From Azolla caroliniana (Eukaryota; Plantae; Polypodiophyta): DNA of 64,000 nucleotides. Shown here piece by piece: positions 38,878-52,600 of this stretch. A program made the position numbers and the translations under genes. How positions within the stretch are numbered: the stretch's first letter is position 1; the number at the start of each line of letters is the position of its first letter. Location: the NCBI GenBank assembly GCA_043228905.1, contig JBHGNT010000001.1, forward strand, positions 16,864,001 to 16,928,000, read 5' to 3'. The notes beneath the pieces were generated by a model, which worked only from the letters and a program-made list of their open reading frames with translations, was not told the DNA's origin and ran no database searches.

Positions 38878-41325
38878 ATTTTGTTGTGTCCACCACGTAC
38901 CACAACCCCCTTGGTCTGATTTCGCTAAGGAATTGAAGGTGTTGCTTCCGAAGAGGGAGCCAACACAATTTGGCACGCTGGGTGGGACGCTGAGCATCAC
39001 AACGAAGAAATGTCGGTGGACGCCCCCAGTCGCCAGTACAACACCCAATCGCCTTACCCGCTCTCGGCCCTCCTCCCATTGTGCTGAGCCAACCGAAGAT
39101 ACCGCTGACTTTGCGATCACTCAACACTCATCACTCGAAACCCCGGAATCACAACCCTCACAAATCATCCCCGATATAGAATCACACACCGGCCCCGAAC
39201 TCGCCACTCCTCCGAGTCCGCCGACAATCTCTCAGCAAGCCGAGTTCTACCCCTTCCCGGCCCTACCACACGATTCAGATCTCCATGCAATGTTGTACCA
39301 CTCCTATACCTGCTTTACGGATGGTCCCGACACGGAAGCTCACATTTGCTCTTTTCTCTCCACGTGGCAAGCCAATCATTCCACGCAACGTCTCACCGCT
39401 GAGGAGGTAGAGGCCTCCAAAATCGTGGAATTTACCCTGTCATTAGACGGTCACTATCCATGGTGGTATTCTCACCACGATTCGAGGGAATTTACGACAT
39501 TCCATGATGTCCGTACACAATTTATGGAGTTATTCCACCGGCAAATCCATAAGGGCGAAGTGCTCCACCAATTCTATACTATTAATAGCCCAAGGACCCA
39601 ATGAAACGGTTTCTCAGTTTACCATCCATTTCCAAGCCCTCTACTGGCAACTCGCACAGGCTGTGTTTGCTAATCATTTAAAAGATACGTTCCTTGCTGG
39701 ACTCTGGGAGCCGCTGAGCACAACGTTAGCCCTCACAGATTTCTCCCAACAGACTATCATCACAATAATTCTTTCCCCATGGGCATGCTCCAAACCGACT
39801 TGCGAACAACCGAGGAGACCCAGTTTCGACAAGCACTGCAATGCATGACCTGTGCCAAGTCTGGTCACTCGGCGATTGATTGCCCTCTCCGACGACATTG
39901 CCCCATCTGCCATTCTAGAGCACATATGGTTGAGCAATGTGAGTATGACATGCTCAATCGTACAAACTTGGTCCAGGTACAAAAAATCAAGCTGCGCCAC
40001 GATCGTTTGCAACTGGAGGATCGACCCCCACCACGGAACAAAGACGTTGAAAGATCCTAGGAGGATGATCGGCTTCACTACCACGATGGCTACCACCCCG
40101 AACCGGATCGCTATCACTGGGAGCCACCATACTATCAGCCACACTATTACCATGATGAACGTTATTATTCGGAGGACCCCTATTACCGTGAGAACTACGA
40201 TCAGGGAGACTCCACGAACCCCGGTACCCACGACACGATCGACGGCCTCCACCTCATCATTGTGGCATCCGGCAATTGGGGAATGACTGACGACCCTTCA
40301 ATAACCGTCGTCGCGACAATCCGCGCAATGATAATCGGCGGCCTCCCCAAGCCAAGTCTCGTAACAACCCTCCACAGTCATATCCCCCGCTGGCTCGAGA
40401 AAATCTACCCCGCAACCTAGCGCAACCTCAATTCAAGCAAGGAGAGCCCAACAACTCCGCCACTGTAACCTACTTCAACCGTAATCAACCAGGCCATTAT
40501 GCGACGCAATGTTCGACAAACAATCGAGGCAAAGCACCAGGCGTGAATATGATTGCGGTTGATGTTCAGTAGGTTACCACCCGAAGTAAGGCCCACCAGT
40601 CAAAATGGGAGATTCAGGACGAGGTTCGCCAAACCGCGAAGCAGTGTATCAAAGCGGCGAATCAAGCCAATGTTGATTGGATGCACACGAAAATGAAGGA
40701 GATCAGTCACGGTCCATCGCCACCCTCGACACTGACTGCACAAATTGACAATGACCCTGTTTGGCAAGCCCTAACGAGTTGCCAAATTTCCATGCCCCTG
40801 CATAAATTACTGCAGCTGTTGCCACGCTTCTAAGAAACCATCCAGTCTTGTACTGCCATTCTGGAACCAACTACCTCCTCCGTACATCTCACGACGCCAG
40901 AACCCGGATCCCCACTCATGGATTCCTAGAATCCAGCGGTAAAAATCATCATTAAAGGCCATGAGGTCCATGGGTGCATTATCGATGGTGGCTCAAGAGT
41001 TAATGTAATTAGTGAGGCGACATGTCACAATCTAGGTCTCACTCAATGGGAGCCGTGTCCGTTTTGGCTTCGCATGGCGGATACGCGATCAGTTCGGCCG
41101 ATAGGTTTAATACGAAACCTTGATTTTATCCTCGGAGGGCATACCTTTACAGTGTTCGCGGTAGTATTACGACTGGATGCCCTGAGAACATACCCATTGC
41201 TATAGGGACGGCCGTGGCTACGCACAGCTAATAAAAAGCAACATTGGCGGCACAACATGATCTCTTTTCATCGGGGCAAGATGAAAGTCCGAATAGTCAC
41301 GGAAGAACGAATCATGACGCCCCCC

Positions 41326-41710
41326 GGCAAGCTCAACCGGATCCGGATCGACATCTGGAAGGACAAGCCGGATCGGTGAGCCGGTGAGCTGGGGAGCCGG
41401 TTAGCTGGATCCATCAGTAACTGGAAGCCTAGTAGCAGCCTAGACTACTAGGTAGTTAATGTCTCATAGTTAGTGTCAGACGTTCGTGTGAGCATTGAAG
41501 TACACCGTACTTCTATCAGTCCGTATGGACTTGTATAAAAGTGTTCACTGAACACATACGATGTACAGATTGAGTATTATTTTTGAATTAGATTTTTGTG
41601 TGCTCTCTCACTCTGTCTCTCCCGCGTACTTTGTATATTCTAAGCTCTCCATTAAACCCGCATTTCTGTGTTCGGTTTTCTATTGCTTCCGCACACGCTA
41701 TTCTTTTACA
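41326..41710 (+). repeat. 5'-truncated Copia LTR inserted in Gypsy pol
   Basis: GCAAGCTCAAC...GAGCATTGAAGTAC...CTTGTATAAAAGTGTTCACTGA...TTTTACA, shared with the Copia LTR family. Confidence 0.8.
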
Positions 41711-44700
41711 CGTTGTATGCTGAAGGAGTTCATATGCTCAACGGTCTCGCCGACGACGAGATGGATTCTTTTTTGGATGAGCACCCCACGATCGTGCCTC
41801 TATTCGAAATCGATGTTCTCATGGCCGTGGAACCATACCTCCCCGACACCAACACAGCCGACCACAAAGCTCCACATGAACCAAATTCCGAAGCTGTGAA
41901 GGAGTTAGGACACGCCCATCACGCGCTTGATCAGGAATTGGCAATTTCTTAGTGCGTCAAAGACACGACACTAGAGAAAGTCAATCTTGGTTCATCTACT
42001 GAGCCACGAACAGTAAAAATAGCGAAGGATCTGGTGCCCAGGGAACGATCAGGTCTACTGGGGCTATTGACCGACTATCAGGACGTGTTTGCGTGGTCAT
42101 ACAATGACATGAAGGGGTTGAACCCCCAATACTATAAACACTAGATCCACCTCCAAACAAATGCACAACCAGTCCAACAACGACAATATTGAATGAATCC
42201 AAATTATGCCGGAAAGGTAAAAGAAGAGATTGACAGACTTTTACGGGTAGGGTTCATCCAACCAGTCAAAAGAGCAACCTAGTTAAGGCCCATTGTAGTC
42301 ATGCCGAAAAAGAATGAGTAAATCCGAGTGTGCGTCGACTACCGTAAAATCAACGTAGCCACAATCACGGATGCATTCCTGCTTCCATTCATGGATGGCG
42401 TTCTAGATGAGGTCGAGGGCCACGAATGCTACAACTTTTTAGATGGGTTTAGTGGCTACAATCAGATCCGGATGCACCTTGATGACCAAGAGAAAACGGC
42501 CCTTGTCACCGAATGGGGAGTGTTCGTCGTAGTCGTGATGATGTTCGGCTTGAAAACGACACCAACCACTTTCCAACGCATCATTGCCGAACTTTTCAAG
42601 GATTATATCCCAACATTCATGCAATTCTTCCTTGATGATTTTGCCATATATGGACAACAAATCGAGCACCTCAAACATCTATGCCTGTGCCTCACACGAT
42701 GCTGACAGGCATAACTCAGCTTAAATCCGGCGAAATGAGCCTTCAACGTAACTAGCGGTACCTTGCTCTGTCACATCGTCAGTCGGGAGGGCATTGCCAT
42801 GGATTCCGACAAGGTGCACACTATCTTGAATGCTCCAGTCCCAACCACGGCGAAAGCTCTTAGCCGATTTTTGGGACAAATTCGGTGGCATAGTTGCATG
42901 CTCGGCTACCTGGCCGATTTCGCAACTCCTCTGCATGTCGCAGTGCACACGATTCCATTTTGGTGGATGGATCAGGAAGACGAAGCTTATCATTCCCTCA
43001 AAGTGATGCTTTCACATGCCCCAGTCGTACAACCACCAAAGTGGTGACAACCTTTCCACATGTTTATGGATGCTTCCAACATTGCCATCGGAAGTGCACT
43101 AATGCAGAAAACGCCTCCAAACTGGTACCGCCCGGTATACTACACTAGCGGACGACTCTCCATTGCCGAAAAAAACTACTCCACCACAGAACGTGAAGCG
43201 CTCAGAATGAAATACAATATTACGAAATTTTGCCATTACCCGCTTGGCTGAAAATTCCCATTTCACGTGGATCATTCGACACTTCTTTACTTGGTTAACA
43301 AACAGGATTTGACTAGTCGATTCGCACGATGGATGCTCCTCCTGCAAGAATTCAACTTTTACCAGGGGTCCAACATGCAGTAGCGGATTACCTTAGCCGT
43401 CTCGAATTCGAAGAACCCACCGAAACGGAATATGATGACTTACTTGACGCCAACTTGTTCACCGTTGACACTACAACCTTGCCTGTAGATCACAAAGACG
43501 CTTGGATTACGGACATGACACATTTCCTCAGCACCGGCCTCCCACCCGAACATCTAACGTTAGATGCCAAGAAACAATTGGCGGTATGAAGCCATAATTT
43601 TTGCCTGTTTACGGGCACTCTGTATCACAAAGGCTCAGACGACATTTGGAGACGCGCGATACGACAATTTGAGAAAGATGCAGTTCTACGCGAAGCCCAC
43701 CACGACATTGCCGACGGTCACTACGCGGGTGATGCCATAGCTCGGAAGATTTGGCAAAGTGGATTATGGTGGCCTACTACGAAAAAAGACACATGAATTC
43801 TACAAGCAATGTGATCTCTGTTAGCGCATGGGCCAACTGAGCGAACAAGACCATATGATGCACCAACCAATCCTCCCTTTGGACTTTCCAGAAATGGGGA
43901 TTGGATCTTGTAGGGCCATTCAAACCACCTGCAATGCATACAGGTAACAAGTATATAATCGTGGCGACCGATTATTGCACAAAATGGGTCGAAGCGAAAG
44001 CACTCTGCGACAACACGACCGCGTCAACAACCAAATTCTTGTACGAATATTTGCGATCAAGGAGGACTTTTCATCAATCGGCTTATCCGCGATTTAACTT
44101 CTCATTATGTGGTGGTACACAAGAAAAACACTTTGTACTATCCTCAAGCCAACAGATTGGCCAAATCCACGAATAAAACCCTATAGACCATTCTCAAGAA
44201 AATTATAAATGAGCATCGAACAGATTGGGACGATAAATTGCATAGCGCACTGTGGGCTTACCGCACTGTGTTCAAGCCCAGCATCGGGTCCACGCCCTTT
44301 CGTATGGCGTTTGGCTTGAAAGCCGTAATACTGATCAAATTCTAGATTCCAAGTCTTTGGGTGCAAATAACCGAATGATTTCCCGAATCCGAGTCAGAAT
44401 GAAAACGACTGGAACAACTACTTGAACTTGGCGAAGAGCGCATCACCAGTTTCGCCCAATTGGAACACAACCAATGGAGACAGAAAGCTTTCGTAGATCG
44501 ACATTCCCGTGATCCCGCAAAATCATTCGTAATCGGCTTTCGTAGATCAACGCAGCTCGGGACAATGCTGGGAAAACTTCGGTTTCGATAGACGGGACCG
44601 TTTTGGATCATCGACATGTACAACGACACGTTCCAGCTCGGCACACTGGCCGGGGAAGCAGTCAAGAATTGGGTCAACGGATTTCAGTTGAAATTGTACC

Positions 44701-45175
44701 GCGGCCCAACACCACCAAACCCCTTCGCAGAACAATAGCATGGTCAGGACCCAACCGTGGTAGGTGACACCAAAGATTTCGGGGGCACCATGCCCCAATC
44801 ACAGTAATTTGTCACCTACCGGACATGTGTATACTATTATTAGAAAAAAAAAGGAAGAAGAAAGAGACCCACTCACTATTTAAAGATGAGGAACGCCACA
44901 CAGGAAAAGAAAGTACAAACGGTTCACACATTGCGTGGCCCTTAACTTCTAGTATGGCAGGCAAGATTCTGAATCTAGGGCACGAGGGCATGTCTCACGA
45001 ATCAAGGCACTTGCATAAAAGGAGCACCTACAGGCTGAGCGGTCGCTTTTGCAGAAACAATCAAGCTCTCGCTCCTCCTGGTCAAACTCTCTCTTGCTCA
45101 GACCCTCTCGACAACCAAGCTCTTTCTCGCTCTCCATCTCCATTCGACGCACTCTCTTCCTCTTCCAAATCCAAC

Positions 45176-46907
45176 ATGCTGATCAACGTATCACAAGAGC
45201 TCCGTACTTGGCTCACCTGGCACGACCTGGGAGGTTATGTCAATGTTCTCGACACGGCTCCTCACCCGAAGCGCATGCCATAGCATAGAAACTACACCTA
45301 GACACCATTACGAATAACATGATTCGCCTGACACTTCATTTACAACGAGGGGGTGAGCACGACATTGACACGCACCGCCCTAGCACATATTGTAGTAGCA
45401 TTTCAATGAGTATTCGGTCTCGGCTAAAGCCCATCGCACCCATGGAGAACCCAACGAGTTTTTTGGGAACATGGTTCACATCCTCCTTTAGTTAGCCTAT
45501 GTCCACGCCAACCGCCAAATGTAAATTAGCGCGGTAGCAAGCAAAGACCGCCACCAACTTGTGGAAGGCCTCCAAGACCCAAAAGACTGAACTCAAGCAA
45601 CAGCTCCGAGGAATGGGTCAGACTGTAGTGCTCACTCCGCCTCCTCTCACTTCCAACCCACAAGAAGCATCGACCCAAACGGAGCTAGCAAATTGCGTCG
45701 ATCTGGTCGAGATTGCCACTCAAACCGACCCAACCAGTCCTCGTGACCAAACGACGATAGCCACTCAGACTAACCCAACCATCCCTTGCACCAGCCTGAC
45801 CATCTGCAACTATGAAGAAGACATTGCCCTACACAAGGCAGTTGCGGAAAAGGCTAAAGAACGCCATGAGCAAGCCAGAAAGGAGGCCAAGAGAATAAAG
45901 GAGCAGGCCAAAAAAAGGGAAGCCGAACTACAAAAACTACTCCATGATTGAACGACCCAACTCCAGGAGGCGGAAAACAACGTTGCAACATCTTTTACGT
46001 CTATACAAGACATCGCTGCCACACAAATTGCGTCTCTCAACAAGCAAATCAGGGAATTGCAGGAACTCTCTAGTCAGTTCCTGGAGAAATTGGACCGAGC
46101 CGAGCAGGAGCGATGCGAATTGGCAGATTCCCTTCACGAACATAAAATAAACGCGACTTTGGAACTTGAATGGTAAGGCGAGGAGTGTAGGAAAGAAGCA
46201 AACGAACACACGGACTGCCTCCTCAAACGTTTCGACCACTTCATGCAAGAGGTGGAAGCATGGGTTGCCGCCCTCAAAACGTCGTGCGAATTAATCACAA
46301 CGAAACTGAAGCTGCGGGAGGAAACAAATAAAAAAGAGACAACCGCGGTCCAAGCAATGTACGACAGTCGTGAGGAACGACTCCACGCCCTCATGGTCAA
46401 ACAACGACAAAAGCTCAACCGAAAGGTCGAGGAGACGCTCGCTAATGGCTAGAGGGAATGGTCAGCTCAAGCGACTGAACTCCAGGTCTTACGGGCTGAT
46501 GCCGAGAATCGGAAGAAAGAGGGTCGTGACCTTTACAAAATGGATGAAAACAACATCCAAATGGTCAGAGAAGACCTCACCGAGGACTTCCAAGACCTGG
46601 CAAAAACGCACACCACAGAAATTGGAAACCTTTTGTAAGAATTCAATGATGACCAACTGTTGTTACTGATTGAAACGGAACAAACTTTTAAAGAAACCGT
46701 TTTTGGCAAAATGAAGCCGACACCAAACCAAGAAGAGGAAACCCCCACTCCACCAACAACGAGGCCAGATAATGAACACGAGCCCGATTTTTGGCCGAAT
46801 AGAACATACAACCTGAGTCGCCACCAACCACCTCGGTAGCATCAACGGAGGATGCAACCGTGCAACCTACCCCCGAGGGCATCCTCGACATTTTGACAGA
46901 AGATTGA
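45176..46907 (+). pseudogene. Extra (post-pol) ORF of Athila-like element, decayed
   Basis: Starts MLINVSQELRTWLTWHDLGG...APHP, contains a coiled coil, and ends EGILDILTED*. Parallels 2098-4894. Confidence 0.7.
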
Positions 46908-49680
46908 AAGTACCATAGCCATTTTATGGCCCTTTTTCGTTCTTTTGGGTTTGACGTGCTAAGGCACTGTCCCACGGGCGTTGCAGATGTTGTTCGTGGG
47001 CCAATTTTGTAAATTAAGTATGAAACGAACCCAAAGGTAGGCGAAGTAGGTAAAGGCAAATGAAATCATGAAGTTAACAAAGAACATAGCCAACCGTAAT
47101 ACGTGCAGCCGAAAACGAGGGAAGAATAAAGCACACCGAGCAAGAAGAAGAAAAGAACTATAAAAATGTGGAGCAGAACGTAGACAAGGGGCCGGGAGAA
47201 GATTGTTAGCTGAGATAGCAGATTCTGATACATAACTATAATTACTTCTGTCATAATTCCAACTGTGAGCCGTGTACTATGGTTTCTTTTCAATCATAAT
47301 ACATATACAATCTTGGGTGAATACTCTACTTTGTGTTAAGATCATTACGTAATCCTACATTCTTGAATTAAGGTCTTGTCTACGACCGAGTACGCTAGGC
47401 GTTCGTTACACGAATGGGTTGCAGAGCAACCCTACACGTATTTTGTTGTGTCCACCACGTACTAGAACCCCCTTGGTTCGATTTAGCTAAGAAATCGAAG
47501 GTATTGCTTCCGAAGAGGGAGCCAACACCTTCTCTATCACACATATTGGCAACTTCATACTGGCTCAACTTGCACCTCTTTGCATTTTTCTGGTGTGGGT
47601 TCTAGAAGTGTTTAGGGAGCTCCTAATAAGATCTTGTGAGATGTCGACCGATGCTCCTCTCTTTGCACCAATTGATTGTTTCCGCCTTATGTATCCACCA
47701 TCTTCTTCATTGGTTCATTTCGGTGCACCAGTGCGATACAGCTTCATAATAAAATTTTCCATAGATTGTACACATTCCAAAATAGTTACACGGTCTAGGG
47801 ATCATAACCCTTGCCTTTGACATTGAATAGATGCCTTGGTCGTTGGAATTTGGACTCCCATTCCTCCATCTTTGGGTTTCTCTCTCGGCATCTTCCATTA
47901 GATTTTTCATTACACCTCGCCCAAAGTTGAGTTGAAGTGGTTGTCGAGTCGCTATTGAGTGAATCTTGCCATCTTGATAGTAGATTTTTTCATGATTAAG
48001 AGCATCCCTATGTTCTTGACAATCTTTCTTCAGCGCGATACAACTTCATAATAAAACTTTCCATAGATTGCATACATTCCAAAATAGTTGCACGGTCTAG
48101 GGATCATAACCCTTGCTTGAGACATTGAATAGATGCCTTGGTTGTTTGTAATTTGGACTCCCATTCCTCCATCTTTGGGTTTCTCTCTCGGCATCTTCCA
48201 TTAGCTTTTTCATTACACCTCGCCCAAAGTTCAGTTGAAGTGGTTGTCAAGTCGCTGTCGAGTGAATCTTGCCATCTTGATAGTAGATTTTTTCATGATT
48301 AAGAGCATCCCTATGTTCTTGACAATATTTCTTCTGGTGGTCGATTCTGTCACACCACATACACCTTCGGACCATTCCACCTCCTTGTCTTGATGAAGTT
48401 GAGCTTTGTCCCGATTCCAGCTTCGTCACTTTGATTGACAAGTCTTTCATTCCTTTCACCAATTCGTGCAGGAGAGATTGTTCTACTTTCTTTTCTCCAG
48501 GTTCGTTCCTCGTTTCTTCTTCATTTCTCTCTGGTAGCTCCATAAACCATAACTTTTTTTTACAGAAATGGGCGCAAGCCCTTTTCACCTCCTCCTAGTG
48601 TTTGGTTAGTGCACTCAAACTATTCTGATATTCCAGAAGCATTCCCAAGTCCTTCCTGTCTTTAGTATTAGTGGCTTGTAGAAATAATATTATTTTATCT
48701 GGCAATATTATATTTCTATCCCTAACATTTAATTGCTCAAATCTTTCTGAAAATAACACTTCCAAAACACTTAAATGTTTATCAGACACTACCCAATCCA
48801 TGAAAGCTCTCCTTGTCATCCTTGACATATCTTTGAGGTTGTATTCATTCAATAATGCTCTTTTGAAAGTCGCCCATGTTTGATGCTCTCCCTGTAGCTC
48901 TTGGACCCTTTCTTGTAGCCCAATCGCAGTGACTCGACTAAAGCTATTAATTTTTGTAGCTTTGTCGATACCTCGTTTAAGCATTTCTTCATTGTAAATC
49001 TTCAAAAACCTTATTAAATTCATAGCTTTGAAGATCCGTACTCGTGTGAGAATATTGTTGACGGCTTTGTCGATGCTTGCCATAATCCTTTGCTCCCACA
49101 TCATTCGTTCCATCATCGTACACATAAGCATCATTTGCTCCACCATTTTTCCTTGTCGTCGCCTTCACGTCAAGTTCACCAAATATGTCGGCGTAGGTGT
49201 GGTTCATGTGGCGAAGTCATAGGGACTAAGGTTAAAGGGAGTTGGCGAATTTTTAATAAGGCTTGTGAAACGATGTTAGAAAGATTAAGGATAGGATGAA
49301 GAAGAATTTTACAAGTAATGTGCAAGAGAGAGACGAGCATAGATAAGATACAGAGACAATGTATGATTCATGAATTCAAATGGTATGATAAGAACAAGCT
49401 TTATATTAAAAATACAAGATTTTACCAACTATACAATGTTGATACAAGATACGACTTTTCTTCATTAAACTCTAGACTCAAACGCTTGACTCCAACTTCG
49501 AAACACGAGCCTCTTCCCAAATGAGCTAACTTGTATGTTTAATCATGTTATTTCTCTCACTTTCTCTTCATCCCCTCTTGTTTTCCTTGCCCATCTTTAT
49601 ATAAGTATTGTCATGCATATGGTAACGTGTGGGAGAATGACATGCGTGCAATGCATGACTTTCATGTAATGGATGATCGC

Positions 49681-52600
49681 TGTCAGGAACAGTACTAAGA
49701 CAGAGAAGGAATTAGTACTAAAAGAAGTATTAGTACTAAGAGAGGTGACGAACTCTCGAGATAAGGAAAGAGTGAGTGAGAGGGAGGGAGAGAGAGATCG
49801 AGAGAGAGAGAGAGAGATGATAAGAAAAGATATATATTATGTGAAGAGAATGTACAGTAGTAGCTAGGAAGCTTAAGACTGGCGTTGAACCGATTTGGTT
49901 CGAAATAATGCCTCGTGCCTCATTTTATAGTGTTCTAAGGAATACTCCTGAAGTTTCTAGAATGTTCCAGAGAAATCTAGAATATACATCAATTTTCTAT
50001 AATAAAACATAAATGAAAATAATATTCTACGTATTACAATGTATAGTCTAATGGTCAAGAGCTCGACCCATGTAGCATAAGGTCATGGGTTCGAGTCTTG
50101 CCATATCATGACACTATCCCCCCTTTAAAATGACGAGTGTAACGAGTCGTTTTGGATTCAGGACCCGGTTTGTCTGGATATTGATGATGGAAGTCTTCAA
50201 GAAGTGCACGAGCATTGGTGACATTCTCTATCGGTTCCCAAATATGCTCACTGGGACTATATCCTAGCCAATCGATTAGATAGTAGAGCTTGTTGCGAAC
50301 AATCTTGGAATCAAGGATGGCGGCAACCTCGTACTCAGGTCCATCTTCAAGCTCGATCGGGGGTGGAGGCTGTGTAATACATCCTGGGATGGTGCTCTCT
50401 TGATAGGGTTCAAGGAGAGAACTATGAAACACCGGATGTATCCGAAGTTGTGGAGGTAGATCGAGACGAAAAGCGACATCATTAATCTTTCCTATGATAC
50501 GGAAAGGACCTAATCGTCGATAATCCAACTTCTCGCATGGGCGAGTAGTCTTGATGTGTCGTCGGAGTAGCCATACCCGATCTCCAATGTTAAAACTGGA
50601 TGGGAGTCGATGACGATCCGCATAAACCTTGTGTGTTTGTTGAGCTTGTTGGAGATGAGTAGATAAATCTGCTTGTATCTTGCGTAACCGCTCCAAACGA
50701 TCCTCCGCGCAAGGATTTGTGGACACCTCTGGGGTTTCAAGTACACACCACCGGGGGTGACATCCCGTATAAGCATAAAATGGCGTAACATTAGTCGATG
50801 CGTGGATAGAGTTATTATAGGCAAATTCGGCGAAGTGGAGAATATCTGCCCAGTCATCTTGATGATAGCTAAGAAAGCACCGCAGGTACTGCTCCAATGT
50901 TTGATTTGTTTTGTTCGGCTTGGCCGTTGGTTTGTGGGTGGTACCCGGAGGAGAGGTTACAAGTGACTTGGAGCATTTTAAAAAGGTGCTTCCAGAATTT
51001 TGACACGAATTGGGGTCCACGGTCGCTGACGATACTATCGGGAAGTCCATGATGCCGACATACTTCACACATGACAATTTCGGCGGTGTCTTCACTGGAG
51101 ATTTTCTTAGTACATGGCAAAAAATGAGCCATCTTCGTATATCGATCTACCACTGTTAGAATTGCATTGAACCCCTTAGAGATTGGTAGATCTGTGATGA
51201 AGTCTAGAGCAATGGATTGCCATGGCTTGCTTGGAATTGGTAATGGTTCTAATAAACCATATGGATGATGCCTTGGCATTTTCGCTCTGCAGCATGTGTC
51301 ACAAGTCCGAACAAAATCTTCGACAAATTGTCGCATACAGGGTCACCAGAATGATCGTTGTACTAAATCTAATGTTTTAGGACTACCAAAATGCCCAGCT
51401 GTATATGTGTCATGACAGTTTTGTACTACTTGAAGGCGGGAAGAACCATTAGGAACATACAAAAGTTCTTTAAAGAAGAGTAATCCATCATGGTATTTGA
51501 ATTGCCGATAGTCCGTACCTGGTGGTTGTGACTGTGAACACGACGCTCGAGAGGGATCAGTTTGTGCTAGTATAGCTTGGGCGAAAGCATCTGTCTTCAG
51601 GTCTACACGTATGATATCGATAACGTGGGAATCCATGGGCATGCCAAAGACCTGTGTTGCTTGCAGTCGTGCCGGTCCCAAGATTACTTGCTTTTGGTTA
51701 TCGAAAGCTGGCTCGCTAGGACGCGGTGCTAGGTACGAACGCCGTGATAATGCATCTGCTTTCCCTTGATGTTTCCCAGGTCGATATGTAATCTTGAAGT
51801 CGAAACGTGTGAGAAAATGGGCCCACCGAGCTTGACGTCGATTTAACACACGAGCGTCTTGAAAATAGGCGAGGTTTTTGTGGTCACTGAATACAGTGAC
51901 TTGATGAGAAGATCCCTCTAGAAAATGCCTCCATTGCATTAAAGAGTCCACTATAGCCAATAGTTCTTTATCATGAATTTCGTAGTTGATTTCGGCGGCG
52001 TCAAACTTGCGTGAGTGAAAAGCCACAGGATGTAGCTTTTCATCATTATCTCATTGTGATAGAATGCTTCCTAATGCAAAATCCGATACGTCCGCTTCGA
52101 TGATGAATGGTTTTTCTGGATCAACGTGAGCTAGAATCGGAGCCGATGTAAATGCCTATTTAAGATTCTCAAAAGCCATGTCCTCTTCTTCAGACCAAAT
52201 GAACGATTGTCCCTTCCTAGTAAGTTGTGTAAGAGGCAAAACGAGCTTTGAGTAATCCTTTATAAACTTCCGGTAAAAATTGGCAAAGCCTAGAAAGCAT
52301 TGCACATCCCACACCGAACGCGGAGTCTGCCATTCTACCACCGTTTTGACCTTAGCTGGGTCCATGGAGATGCCATCTGAGGAAATGACATAGCCGAGAA
52401 ATTCCACCTGGTTGCACCCGAAACTTCATTTTTCCAGCTTTGCATAGAGACCATGTTCTCGAAGTCGTTTTAGTACTAACAGTACATGAGAATCATACTC
52501 TTCTTGGGTCTTCGAGTAAACCAGTAGATCATCCAAATAGATGATTAGACACACATCCAGGAGATCTCGGAAAATATCATTTGCCATGTGCTGGAAGACT

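Larger units (their letters stand above)
33411..47527 (+). mobile_element. Full-length Athila-like Gypsy element carrying nested insertions
   Basis: TSD CCTTC (33406-33410 and 47528-47532). 5' LTR split across 33411-~33620, 38241-38490 and 38883-38965; 3' LTR at 46988-47527. tRNA-Arg-like PBS TGGCACGCTGGGTGGGAC (38971-38988). Decayed gag, PR (IIDGGS), RT (FLDGFSGYNQI, FLDD), RH and INT (DYCTKWVEA). Confidence 0.92.

Noticed and set aside
50036-50105. Genuine tRNA gene
   Set aside because: A/B boxes are present but there is no convincing acceptor or anticodon stem, and the unit is duplicated as part of both LTRs. Treated as an LTR-borne tRNA-like cassette.
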